From a virus (taxonomy: Duplodnaviria; Caudoviricetes), in the IMG/VR virus record IMGVR_UViG_3300032081_000130, positions 1 to 27,896 of that record: DNA of 27,896 bases; one strand, 5' to 3'. The position numbers and the translations under genes were made by a program. Position 1 is the first letter of the stretch. Every line of letters starts with the position of its first letter. Of this stretch, positions 8,301-16,808 are shown piece by piece. The notes below the pieces were generated by a model that was not told where the DNA came from, made no database searches, and worked only from the letters and a program-made list of their open reading frames with translations.

Positions 8301-11272
8301 CCGCCAAGCACCGTTATGGCCCTAATTTAGCGGCTACATCTGATAGACGCGGTATCGAAGAAACAGCTAGAACTATAAAAGCAAACACTAGAAACGTAAG
8401 AACCCAAGAGGGTAGAGAAAAAATAACCCGAGATTTTACGGCTCTTTTCGATAGAGAGGGGCCAGCTATCCAGAATGCAGAAAATGTGGCGTTGGGCTTG
8501 CTTCCTAATCAGTCAGTGCAAGATGTTGCAGAAGCAAAAGGCTTTGTTGGCGCAAAAGATGTACTAGAAGCTATAGAGTTCCAACGTGGAGATTTAACTT
8601 TTTCAGAGGCAAATACTCGTAAGCGTTTAGACCCTATATTCAGATGGGCCAACAACGCATCTGAAAAAACAATGAAGGCTTGGAACAATCTAATCTATGA
8701 CAGCACTTTGGACGAAGTAGATCCCGCTCTTACTCCTAAACAGGCTAAAGATAAGTATAAAAACCAAACTGTAGAAGGCACTGATCAGCTAAAAGTAGAC
8801 CGCCACAAAGAACTTCACGCTATATATAACAGTGGGGTGGTTGGCAAAGATGGTAGAAAAGCCTACGATGATTTGCGGCAGTTTTACAAAGATCAGTACA
8901 ACGAGTTAATCAACGCACTAAACGGTAGGATTGACAATTCTAACTTAGCGGACGATCAAAAAAGTACGTTAAAAAATGAACTCCTTGCAAGACTACTAGA
9001 ACGATCTAACGTAGAACCCTACTTCCCATTAACACGTTCTGGCACATACTGGCTATCAGTAAAAAATCCTGAACAACTGTCTGATTCGGCGGTGTTTGCT
9101 TTTGAATCGGCTGGCGACAGGGTAGCAGCGGCAGAAGAGTATAAAGCGCAAGGGCTTGAAGTTGAGACTTTTGATCCCGATTCTTCTAACACTTATGAAA
9201 ATCCTCCACCGGGAAAATTTGTATCTCAGGTACTGAACGTATTGAATGTAAGTGGCGCTGATCCTGTGGTGGTAGAGCAAGTAATGCGATTGTTTCTTGA
9301 ATCCTTACCTGAGTCTTCTTTTGCTAAAGCCTTAATAAGAAGAAAGAAAACAGCAGGTTATGACGTTGATGCAGTAGAAGCAGCGAGAACAAAAGCATAT
9401 GACTTAGCACGGCAGACGGAGCGAATAAAAAATACAAACAATATCCAACGCCTAAAAGATCAATTTTTAGAGGCTCACAAAGAACGTGGTGATGACCCTG
9501 TTGTTAGAGAAATAGCAACTCGCGCTGATTTTGCCACCAGTCCACCTAAAGACAGCCTTGCAAAAAATGCAAACCGCATGGCGTTCCTATGGACTATTGG
9601 ATTTAACCCATCTTCTGCAATAGTAAACCTGTCTCAAATACCGTTGTTTGCTTTCCCGATGTTGGGTGGGAAGCATGGGTTTAAAGAAACTGGTGCGGCA
9701 ATCAAAGACGCAACAAAACTATTTATGGGTTCACCCACTAGCAGAACCGCAGAAACTTTGTTCGGTGATGCTCGTACACCCGCTTCTATTAGAGAAGCCT
9801 TACGTAGTAGTGAGCCGGGAGCATTACTTGAGGCCGTTAGAGATAAAGCGTTACCGTCATTAGATAATTATTATACGCTCACTAGAGATAAAGACGGTGC
9901 GTTTATAGCAACGGTTCGGAAAGATCTGGACATACCTAAAGATAAAAGAGCAGAGTTAGATAGTCTCAAACCCTTGCTAGAACTTGCAGCGCGGCGAGGC
10001 CAACTTAATTCTTCTTTCATAGCCGATACTCTTAATGTCGATCAGTCGGGCCGAAAGCTGACTTTTATGGACAGAATAACCAACGCTTCTGCGTTAATGT
10101 TTCATGAAGCGGAAGTCATGAACCGTCAAGTTACATTAGTCTCGGCGTATAATCTTGCACTGAACAAATTAACAGGTGGTAAGAAACCTACATTAAAACA
10201 ACAGCAACAAGCCGCAGAAGAAGCAATATACGAAACACAGCAGATTAACGGCGGTGCAACCCTAGAAACTGGCCCACGCTTTGCGCGAGAAAGCATTGGT
10301 CGCGTAGCTCTGATGTATAAGAACTACGGCATTCAGATGTACTACACGATGTTAAAAACTGGCAAACAGCTAGCCGATAACATGTTCCCCGGTGATGACG
10401 TTAGAAGCAGAGAACTGCGTAACGAAGCATTTAAGCAGCTTGCAGGAGTTCACTTATCCGCATTGTTCTTCGCAGGGGTGCAAGGATTGCCGTTATACGG
10501 CGCGGCGTCAATGTTGTATGACCTGTTTACAGAAGAGTACGAAGAAGATGCCGATATTGTGGTGCGTCGCTACCTAGATAATGAAATGCTGTACAAAGGA
10601 GTTTTATCAGAGGTATCAGGGTTAGATGTATCGCAGCGCGTAAAATTAACCGACCTGCTGTTTGAAGCTGACAGATTCAACAGTGATCCTTCACCCGAAG
10701 AAGAGTTCGCTCATTTGTTTGGTGGCCCTGCGTGGAGTGTGTATTCCAGAGGTAGAAAAGGCATAGATAAACTTGCAGAGGGTGATGTATTACGAGGTAT
10801 TGAAGATCTACTACCGGGTGCCGTAAGAAACGCTACTCAAGCATTGATTAGATACCCACTAGAAGGCGGTATCCGCACTCGACGTGGAGACCCAATATAT
10901 GACGATATAACGACGGGCGACTTACTTACCAAACTGCTTGGGTTTCCGCCAAATGAATACACTAAGCAGATGGATGAGACTTCTGCCGCAAAGCGATTGC
11001 AAGATGCTACCAGAGCTAAACGCTCGCAGTTACTGAAGAAGTATTACATAGCAGGGCGTTTTGGCGATACAGAAGGTCAAAAAGATGCGTTACGTGAGAT
11101 GGACGAATTTAATGAGTTATCTGTTATACGTGTTGATCCCAAGCTGTTTATAAAAGGAAGCACAATAGATAAGTCTCGCGCTAGACATGAGACAACAAGT
11201 GCAGAAGTGCATAACGGCGTACTATTGTCTCCAAACTTCAAAAAACTTGTACAAGAGGCGGGTTTCTTATAG
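5309..11272 (+). CDS. Giant polyvalent-type internal virion protein with zincin metallopeptidase (MPTase-like) and PLxRFG-like domains
   Basis: 1987 aa. N-terminal Gly/Ala hydrophobic segments; FLHEMTH (HExxH, 7976-7990) with downstream EFVAEAF; YFPLTRSGTYW (9020-9052); long helical C-terminus. Last gene of the + arm. Confidence 0.75.
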   Translation: MVAVAKERIRRAYFNAIAAGETDVAEKLGDLLTGRGDIRAQLPAATPRETGIFEDITSGFGAGVVGVGEMAALGLAAPLEEESELAARKKIQSIAESFRPEGGDPESPTYKVASGIGSIVGLAGIPIAAGIAGAPGAAALGIGALAAGAAGAGEASERARAADATEEERGSATFRGLGIGLLDIIPVAKVVKFADLPTLNRLIDKIPPEKVETIGERIYSAGVTGGLEGAQEAASNILQNLNEQEYNAAAETFGGTAEEAAVGGAAGAILQGFVDLFAPRKAGKTIGDVAVERESLGEIDLEAEEVAQEAARERAGERQADMFALEKEQAERRLGPAMRPESEAALQAERDRLFSEETPTEASVAQRDIIDELETVEIEAAIDAEETADIEALVAADTDAADKAKTEQERIRTASEREALTGELDTAQAKKSEQRRRDILLDVIENQPTRQYNTLRKRFSRALTAAGITNTQPTESESATIGRAIDVARAEQDPLPAASDVSEMEAQIPEKRTATETRKIDPTGVPSEQRRIPDRVLAPRKTGAVAERDRAGDEAGVSSVDSVGEREDTGEVVALDGRAVGDAGRDADAVDVGKGKQRGALARKVKAKVGRKRTKVSMSKIDPTTGDAEVVFPDGSVERVRREVSVDPDTGKKEFSFISLDRPDPDFPADVGAPLILGSTKETAIRRLTKVREAPPVKPVRRITPEELAERRVAEREASEIGKIRTAQRNVKRKRQVAKGEKARAEQRERIKTADPRKIRAAQREVADRLEEIAKSKEARRARKEDDGVLYAPTRTEIELDSPMPEQVQKALRNNELRRALLGLAESSNNKFIKRAARKLADYTGDTRVQVVPQTRLGMRDGVNVDGVFVTKDNTILLSEDYQDTYMFLHEMTHAATINTLQNGAHPTTKRLRKLYEDTKDSLSSYYGSENLAEFVAEAFSNPRFQHELGRINPEGKELSAWQRFLKTIMDFIGLGGLGPKTAQREADRMVQEILAPAAKHRYGPNLAATSDRRGIEETARTIKANTRNVRTQEGREKITRDFTALFDREGPAIQNAENVALGLLPNQSVQDVAEAKGFVGAKDVLEAIEFQRGDLTFSEANTRKRLDPIFRWANNASEKTMKAWNNLIYDSTLDEVDPALTPKQAKDKYKNQTVEGTDQLKVDRHKELHAIYNSGVVGKDGRKAYDDLRQFYKDQYNELINALNGRIDNSNLADDQKSTLKNELLARLLERSNVEPYFPLTRSGTYWLSVKNPEQLSDSAVFAFESAGDRVAAAEEYKAQGLEVETFDPDSSNTYENPPPGKFVSQVLNVLNVSGADPVVVEQVMRLFLESLPESSFAKALIRRKKTAGYDVDAVEAARTKAYDLARQTERIKNTNNIQRLKDQFLEAHKERGDDPVVREIATRADFATSPPKDSLAKNANRMAFLWTIGFNPSSAIVNLSQIPLFAFPMLGGKHGFKETGAAIKDATKLFMGSPTSRTAETLFGDARTPASIREALRSSEPGALLEAVRDKALPSLDNYYTLTRDKDGAFIATVRKDLDIPKDKRAELDSLKPLLELAARRGQLNSSFIADTLNVDQSGRKLTFMDRITNASALMFHEAEVMNRQVTLVSAYNLALNKLTGGKKPTLKQQQQAAEEAIYETQQINGGATLETGPRFARESIGRVALMYKNYGIQMYYTMLKTGKQLADNMFPGDDVRSRELRNEAFKQLAGVHLSALFFAGVQGLPLYGAASMLYDLFTEEYEEDADIVVRRYLDNEMLYKGVLSEVSGLDVSQRVKLTDLLFEADRFNSDPSPEEEFAHLFGGPAWSVYSRGRKGIDKLAEGDVLRGIEDLLPGAVRNATQALIRYPLEGGIRTRRGDPIYDDITTGDLLTKLLGFPPNEYTKQMDETSAAKRLQDATRAKRSQLLKKYYIAGRFGDTEGQKDALREMDEFNELSVIRVDPKLFIKGSTIDKSRARHETTSAEVHNGVLLSPNFKKLVQEAGFL

Positions 11273-11275
11273 AGG

Positions 11276-11349
11276 CCCTCTACTGCGTGTGGAAGGGGAG
11301 AACGCAGTAGAGGGGACAAGTTCTATTGGAGGAGACCATCAACCTTGTC
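11276..11349 (-). ncRNA. Candidate two-hairpin small RNA or terminator structure between convergent arms
   Basis: Perfect 13-bp inverted repeat CCCTCTACTGCGT (11276-11288) / ACGCAGTAGAGGG (11302-11314) abuts a second stem GACAAG (11315-11320) / CTTGTC (11344-11349). Minus-strand loops contain UCUCC. Confidence 0.5.
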
Positions 11350-11356
11350 GGGCGAG

Positions 11357-11365
11357 ATCCTATCA
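11357..11365 (-). promoter_or_regulatory. Possible extended -10 element (TGATAGGAT)
   Basis: Matches TGnTAnnAT, 7 nt upstream of the first base of the minus-strand hairpin. The -35 region is poor. Confidence 0.35.
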
Positions 11366-11587
11366 TAAGATTCTCCAAACACGAACACCCACATGTGGAT
11401 TTTCTATCACCCCTTTAGCTCTTATATCCCATCCTTTCCTGTTAACACAAATGGTCTTTAGTTGTTGTATCGCTTTATCAGTATTGATACATGGTATAAA
11501 CACAGAGCTACCGACAACCATATCCTCCCATTTGACCACTATATGCACGCCATCAGGGTTGAGATCGTCTAGTTTTACTACAGACAT
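11363..11587 (-). CDS. Small conserved phage protein (VGxS.F...RVWR type)
   Basis: 74 aa; WEDMVVGSSVF...GVRVWRI; start overlaps the upstream stop (TGATG). Confidence 0.75.
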   Translation of the reverse strand: MSVVKLDDLNPDGVHIVVKWEDMVVGSSVFIPCINTDKAIQQLKTICVNRKGWDIRAKGVIENPHVGVRVWRIL

Positions 11588-11883
11588 CAGGAACCGTGAG
11601 TGCGTACCAACCTGTGTATTTCGTTTCCTTTGCGGTAAAACCGCCGTGTGATATTGCTTATCTTGGATGGCGACACTTGCAACATATCTGCTATCCCCGA
11701 TCTAGGCACACCCTTCGCTTGTAAATCCAACACTCGCTCCGCAAGTTTTATATCAATCAATTTACTGGTGGGTTTCTTCTTAACGTCCTGCGGTAGTAAC
11801 CCGTTCCGATTTTTCTTATTCTTCCACAGCTCCTTCACTTTCTCCTGTGCTTGTATTGCTTGCAGAAACATCCCGCTCATCAT
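11587..11883 (-). CDS. Putative helix-turn-helix DNA-binding protein
   Basis: Basic ~98 aa; GVPRSGIADMLQVSPSKISNITRR fits an HTH pattern. SD GGAGGAG lies just upstream, so the start may be the second or third Met. Confidence 0.7.
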   Translation of the reverse strand: MMSGMFLQAIQAQEKVKELWKNKKNRNGLLPQDVKKKPTSKLIDIKLAERVLDLQAKGVPRSGIADMLQVSPSKISNITRRFYRKGNEIHRLVRTHGS

Positions 11884-14677
11884 CTCCTCCGATTTTCATT
11901 TTTACTATCAGTACATGCTGGGCATCAGTCCTAAACTGTGTGCCCTTGGTCAAACGCATTTTTCCGCGCTTGGCCCCCATCTTTTTAATTAGGTCGTTAA
12001 CAAACGAGCTATAGTTCACCTGCTGTGCACCACACCACACCTTGAGCGGTTTTGGCGCGAGGTAAACCTGCTGTATGTCTGTCTCGTATCGCGCCACAAG
12101 TTTCCCCTTCGGTAGCGCATCTGGTATGACCAATGAGTCCAACCCGTTTGCTTGCTTACGCAAGTCATCGGTGCTTTTTATCATCAGTATGTTGTTGAAG
12201 TTTTCATTCAAGTATTCATTTAGTGTTTGCCTGACTGATACTCCCATGTTGTTAACCGAGTCCATATTGTGTTTTAAGAGGCTGATAGCCCATCTAAACA
12301 ACGCTTTCGTGTCGTATTCTATGAGACCCAACTGCTTCGCAATGATCGCTCCGGTCAATGTGCAAGCAACCCCCGCAGACCAAAACCTGTTCTCAGACGT
12401 TAACCCTGCCTCTGTGTCTACACGCTGCTGTACTTCTTTCAGTTTGACCTTTACTTCATCCAGATTCTGCATAACGTGCTGTATGAATATGATTCCAGCG
12501 TGCCCGTAGTTAGCCTCTACCGCTTCATCAAACAAATCAGTGTCACGCTTCTCCGCAGTGCTGCCGAACACCTTTTGGGCAGGCCACTCCATCATGCGTT
12601 GGGCCTCTGCTTTCGGTGCTTGTTTTTCCAGTGCAATGCGCTCTATAACGCTAGCGTTACCTGTAGTAACCGTAAGGAACTTCCAAGGCTCCCCGCGCAC
12701 CCGTTCAAGATTAGACCCGCCCGACATACGCCCACGCTGTTGCCCCGAAGATAGCTGGTAGGCTAAATTACTGAGCTTTTCACTCTTGTGGTTAGTCAGT
12801 TCGTCCACGTAGAACGGCAGATTGTGCAGCACCTCTGCACGATTAAACTTCATAGCGTCCGTGTCGTTTTCTTCGACCATTAGAGCTTTGTCAAACCCCC
12901 ACACCGAAGCTGCTACGCGCATGGCTGCGGTCTTACCACACCCGCTAATCTCACTGTGGAGGTGTAGCGCACAAGCGTTTTGTGGGAAGAAGTGCATGAG
13001 AGGTGAACCGAATGCGGTGCAAACCACATACTGGTGCATAGCTAACTCAGGTCGGGTTGTGTAGAAGTTAGCCATCGACTTCCATCCGTCTAGTGTGCCT
13101 TTCGGCTCAAATCTGGCTATTAGTGACGCGGTGGGTGTTGATGGAGGGTTGTATTTTATTTTGTCGGCACGTATTTCCTTATCACCTACCACAAACGCCG
13201 AACATTTTTCATCTACCCAACCAAACTGGCGGTGTGCAACATCTGCTGTAGTAGATGCTTGCAACTCATTTACCCAAGTAGTCATGTACTGTATTAGATC
13301 CTCTGGTCTTGTGACTGCAACGCCCTGCATGGACATTGTTTTTCTAAACTCTTCACGAGATGTTACCGCCGTAAGCGGCATCGTAAATTCTCTCACACCG
13401 TCCTTGGGTAAGTGTAGCCTGCACACCACTGACTCACCTGCTTCTATATCTACGAGTCGTTTGGTGATGTATAGATCATTGTGGTAGATAGCTCTTTCGT
13501 CTATCTCACCGTCCGACCCAACGCTACGGACATAGATCCCACCACTTGCCCCTCGAAAGTATGGGCGTGGGTAACTTGGGATAACATGTTCTGACAAAGT
13601 AGTCTCTTTGCCAACTGTAGTATCGGAGAAAAGAGTATCTGGATCAGGTGTTGCAGGCGTTGCAGGAGCAAACCTAGCGCCAAGAGATATAGGTGATTTG
13701 ATCTTGCCCCAGTTCGGGCAGTGGATGCAGACATCAGGACGCAGCTCATCAAACGTGCCACAACGATACGGCCCTTGAATGAGGTCTAATTTCTGCTTAG
13801 TAAGCTCTGGAGTATATTCGGCGTGGTTTTGTGAAATGTTGTGTGCGTGCCGGTCTGCATTCTCGCAGTATTTGACTATCGAAAGCCCTGCCCTCCACAA
13901 GGGTTCTTCTGTGCCTTCTTGATGAAGCACGATGCTACGTAGTTGCTCACACCCTTTACCCGCCTGCGTCTTGGCTAAGATATTTTTGAAGCTGAAGATC
14001 CTATCCTTCGGCGGCTCGTATACCGCTTCCGCTATTTTAGGAACTGGTATCAGATTAACGCCGAGCTTATCTGCGAGAAAATCGAAATCAACGGCGGGTG
14101 CATCCTGTAACAGCTTTACAGGAGTAGGGGTATCGAACTTGTAGTTATGTGTACCTAATATGCGTAGCACTCTTGCCGCATCCGCAGGCACTGCTGTATC
14201 TATCTGAAACTTATGTTCCGCACACAGTGCCTTAAATTTGTCTGCAACGGGTTTCCAATCAGTGACGCTGACGCTATCAGTAAAACTCCAATAGGTATGT
14301 ATGCCGCCACCAGAGTCCAACAACATAGGCTTTGGTAGCTCTAACACGCTGCAAAACCGCTTTAACTCACGCAGGGCATGAGCTTTATTTGTGTGCGGTT
14401 TGTCCTCTCCAACATCAATATCAAGGAACAGAGCTTTGATATACGAAGCATCTGCTGCCTTACGAGTACCTTCTTCTTTGAACGTACTTAATGCGAAATA
14501 GGCATCCCAACCTTGCTTGTCGTACTCCGTCGCCTGCGCTGCTAACTCGTCTATATCCTCAAATGACAGTGTTCGTGTGTATCTATTGAGTTCGGGGTTA
14601 TTGCACCAGAGAACGTATACTCCTTGTCTAGGCAGAATCTTCCGCAAGAAAATTCTTGTATCCATAATTGCACCCAT
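11816..14677 (-). CDS. Primase-helicase (AEP-type primase, DUF927-like domain, P-loop helicase)
   Basis: ALFLDID, SGGGIHTYW, ARVLRILGTHN (AEP motifs); Cys cluster PYRC...CIHC; Walker A-like SGCGKT; Walker B FYVDE. Confidence 0.85.
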   Translation of the reverse strand: MGAIMDTRIFLRKILPRQGVYVLWCNNPELNRYTRTLSFEDIDELAAQATEYDKQGWDAYFALSTFKEEGTRKAADASYIKALFLDIDVGEDKPHTNKAHALRELKRFCSVLELPKPMLLDSGGGIHTYWSFTDSVSVTDWKPVADKFKALCAEHKFQIDTAVPADAARVLRILGTHNYKFDTPTPVKLLQDAPAVDFDFLADKLGVNLIPVPKIAEAVYEPPKDRIFSFKNILAKTQAGKGCEQLRSIVLHQEGTEEPLWRAGLSIVKYCENADRHAHNISQNHAEYTPELTKQKLDLIQGPYRCGTFDELRPDVCIHCPNWGKIKSPISLGARFAPATPATPDPDTLFSDTTVGKETTLSEHVIPSYPRPYFRGASGGIYVRSVGSDGEIDERAIYHNDLYITKRLVDIEAGESVVCRLHLPKDGVREFTMPLTAVTSREEFRKTMSMQGVAVTRPEDLIQYMTTWVNELQASTTADVAHRQFGWVDEKCSAFVVGDKEIRADKIKYNPPSTPTASLIARFEPKGTLDGWKSMANFYTTRPELAMHQYVVCTAFGSPLMHFFPQNACALHLHSEISGCGKTAAMRVAASVWGFDKALMVEENDTDAMKFNRAEVLHNLPFYVDELTNHKSEKLSNLAYQLSSGQQRGRMSGGSNLERVRGEPWKFLTVTTGNASVIERIALEKQAPKAEAQRMMEWPAQKVFGSTAEKRDTDLFDEAVEANYGHAGIIFIQHVMQNLDEVKVKLKEVQQRVDTEAGLTSENRFWSAGVACTLTGAIIAKQLGLIEYDTKALFRWAISLLKHNMDSVNNMGVSVRQTLNEYLNENFNNILMIKSTDDLRKQANGLDSLVIPDALPKGKLVARYETDIQQVYLAPKPLKVWCGAQQVNYSSFVNDLIKKMGAKRGKMRLTKGTQFRTDAQHVLIVKMKIGGDDERDVSASNTSTGESEGAVEE

Positions 14678-14679
14678 GA

Positions 14680-14701
14680 GAGTTCTAACATGTTAGAACT
14701 C
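14680..14701. promoter_or_regulatory. 22-bp perfect palindrome GAGTTCTAACATGTTAGAACTC (copy 1, putative operator)
   Basis: Equals its own reverse complement; lies 2 nt upstream of the primase-helicase ATG. Confidence 0.75.
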
Positions 14702-14714
14702 CTTCGACTAAAGA

Positions 14715-14766
14715 CACTACGGCAGAGGTGTCGATACACCCTTTTCGGTCTAGCCTAGCCGTAGTG
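14715..14766 (-). ncRNA. Candidate structured leader RNA (three-way junction) upstream of primase-helicase
   Basis: 9-bp outer stem CACTACGGC/GCCGTAGTG encloses the inner hairpin GGTGT-ATCG-ACACC and a GACCGAAAA segment. Confidence 0.45.
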
Positions 14767-14781
14767 GAAATTCTGTTGCGA

Positions 14782-15522
14782 TCAGTCGTCCCAATCTTCA
14801 ATCACAGAACTAAGGTCATCGTCGTCTGTGGGTGCAGGGGCAGACTTTTTGACAACCTTCTTCGGTTCTTGTGAAGCTGGAGCTTCTTCCTCAACAGAAT
14901 TAAAAATGTCATCGGAGTCATCGTCTTCATCTAACTCGACAACGGGTGCAGTGGTGTCACTAAACGGGTTATCAGGTTCTGCTACGAACCCACCGTCAAC
15001 AACACCAAAGGGTGAACGTGATTGCATTGGTTTATATTCAATCACCTGTACGCCGTTAAGACGTAGACTAACGCCAGTACCACTCAGATTGTACGGCACA
15101 AAAGTAAACGCAAGGTTCACGATGCTGCCGGTAGTCAACTGAAAGTCTTCTGGTAACTTATTATTCTTAGCGTCAACTTGCAGTGGAGGCGTGGTCTTGT
15201 CTGTACCATACGCCCCCTTCAGTTTGGCCTTGCCCAAGTACCTACCATCTTCCTGCTTCTTGAATGGTAGTGGGAACTTGTCAGGCCAACCGTCCTCCTT
15301 CTTCTTGGTGTAAGCCGCCTTCATTGCTTTGTACAGCGTCTTTGCTTCTGGCTCAGTCATCAAAAACGATATGGTGTATTCAGCACCATCGTCCAACGCA
15401 CTGCATTTCACAGAGCCGCCCTTACCACCGTTAGCTCGGTTATCGAACTTATAGGTGGTATCCAGTTTTGGGTACATCGCTTCTACGTTAGCGATCTGGT
15501 AGTACATATATTCTTCAGCCAT
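14782..15522 (-). CDS. ssb: Single-stranded DNA-binding protein (T7 gp2.5/DUF2815-like OB fold)
   Basis: TTGSIVNLAF, GVSLRLNGVQVIE, long acidic tail ending EDWDD; SD AGGAGA; adjacent to primase. Confidence 0.75.
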   Translation of the reverse strand: MAEEYMYYQIANVEAMYPKLDTTYKFDNRANGGKGGSVKCSALDDGAEYTISFLMTEPEAKTLYKAMKAAYTKKKEDGWPDKFPLPFKKQEDGRYLGKAKLKGAYGTDKTTPPLQVDAKNNKLPEDFQLTTGSIVNLAFTFVPYNLSGTGVSLRLNGVQVIEYKPMQSRSPFGVVDGGFVAEPDNPFSDTTAPVVELDEDDDSDDIFNSVEEEAPASQEPKKVVKKSAPAPTDDDDLSSVIEDWDD

Positions 15523-16177
15523 TTTGGTCTCCTGATTGGCTATTTATATCGAACCCTTCCGTCGTATCGAACAGTGTGTCTGATGTGGTCGTTTGACTAA
15601 TCGCCTCTAGCGCATCATCGTGATCTACCATCAAACTCACTTTCTCTAACTCATCTTCTTCCAACGGTCTGCGTGGGTAGAAGAACAGCTTTGGGTAAGG
15701 ACTCCCTACGTCAAAACTGATTCTAGTGACAACCGCAATGGACGGTGTGCCATGCCCACTTAAAAATTTGGCGTAGGCTTGCAACGGCATACAGCTATTG
15801 TTTACCTCCTTACCAAATATACTGCTGGCGGGAACCTGTAGTTGGTAGACCGTACTTAGGTCTTGCTCCTCCACGACTGCTAGCCGCTGATGAAATCTAC
15901 AAGCTCTGCCACCTCCCGAACTAGAACCCCGAATGTTATGCACACAATCCATACATCGCGTACTTTGTCGTTGTTCTTCTGGCACCTCGGGTGCCGGTCT
16001 TTGTGTATCAGCCGACCAGCATGTTGGTGCTTGCCGTAACTGTGGGTCAAAGACTCCCTCAAAGTATGAACGTGAGACAGGCCCAGCGTTCACAATAACA
16101 ACATCTACCTCATCGCTAGATTCGGCGTGATGTAGGAACCCCGAAAACTTGGCCCCTTGAATACTTATTCGACGCAT
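15515..16177 (-). CDS. Conserved Cys-rich phage replication protein (possible Zn-binding ssDNA-binding protein)
   Basis: PTCWSAD...CMDC..NIRGS...GRAC four-Cys pattern and acidic C-terminus. ATG at 16177 overlaps the upstream TGA. Confidence 0.65.
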   Translation of the reverse strand: MRRISIQGAKFSGFLHHAESSDEVDVVIVNAGPVSRSYFEGVFDPQLRQAPTCWSADTQRPAPEVPEEQRQSTRCMDCVHNIRGSSSGGGRACRFHQRLAVVEEQDLSTVYQLQVPASSIFGKEVNNSCMPLQAYAKFLSGHGTPSIAVVTRISFDVGSPYPKLFFYPRRPLEEDELEKVSLMVDHDDALEAISQTTTSDTLFDTTEGFDINSQSGDQNG

Positions 16178-16392
16178 CAAACATCATCGTCAAGGTCTAA
16201 ACTTTCTGGTTTTTTCTTTTCGTCGTAACGCATTAGTGCATCAGCCACACGCTCAAGAGCAAATCTCTGGGTGTGCCCTACCTTCACATACATGTTGTCT
16301 GGTATTACACCGTCACGTATCCACTTTCTGACTGTGGATAGACTGACACTGAAGTGTCTAGCTACGTCTTCAATCGGCACAAGAGTGTTCAT
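16177..16392 (-). CDS. Excisionase/MerR-like HTH DNA-binding protein
   Basis: 71 aa; IEDVARHFSVSLSTVRKWIRDGVIP...KVG...RF. Confidence 0.8.
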   Translation of the reverse strand: MNTLVPIEDVARHFSVSLSTVRKWIRDGVIPDNMYVKVGHTQRFALERVADALMRYDEKKKPESLDLDDDV

Positions 16393-16808
16393 TTAGCTTT
16401 CCTCATGGTCAGGACATACTCCGAATCTACGTTTAGTCCCTTTGGTAACTTATCTGGATTGTCTTCAAGGAATTGCTTGATAGCACCCTGATGTAGGCGC
16501 TTCTCAAAAAACTCAGGGACTTGTTCTTCCAACACGAACTTGTGCATGGACTCCCAATCGTTAGTCCAATAGCGTTGTTTTACTGTGCGATAGAAAGTAC
16601 CGAAGTCAGTCTTACCACTCTTCTGTCCTGTAGACTTCAAGTGGTCAAGCAAGACTGTTTTTATCTTGTTTTGTTTTCGCTCTAGCACACCGTCCGCTTC
16701 TTCAAACTCTCTCTTTAACGCATCGCGTTTAGTTTTGAGACTAAAAAATACGGAGGTCAGCTTATCTACAGGTAGATCAGTGCCGCTACAATCCGAATCC
16801 ATATACAT
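16389..16808 (-). CDS. Conserved phage protein (coiled-coil N-terminus, KTDFGT and DWE motifs)
   Basis: 139-aa ORF with SD GAGGA (true start probably the second Met at 16802); ATGA overlap with the next gene. Confidence 0.7.
   Translation of the reverse strand: MYMDSDCSGTDLPVDKLTSVFFSLKTKRDALKREFEEADGVLERKQNKIKTVLLDHLKSTGQKSGKTDFGTFYRTVKQRYWTNDWESMHKFVLEEQVPEFFEKRLHQGAIKQFLEDNPDKLPKGLNVDSEYVLTMRKAK

Noticed and set aside
10379-13590. AACATGTT 8-mers at 10379 and 13583 as extra palindrome copies
   Set aside because: Only the 8-bp core is symmetric, both are mid-CDS, and chance occurrence is plausible
14680-14701. Palindrome as a known host LexA or CRP box
   Set aside because: GTTC-N10-GAAC does not fit CTGT-N8-ACAG, GAAC-N4-GTTC, GTTC-N7-GTTC or TGTGA-N6-TCACA
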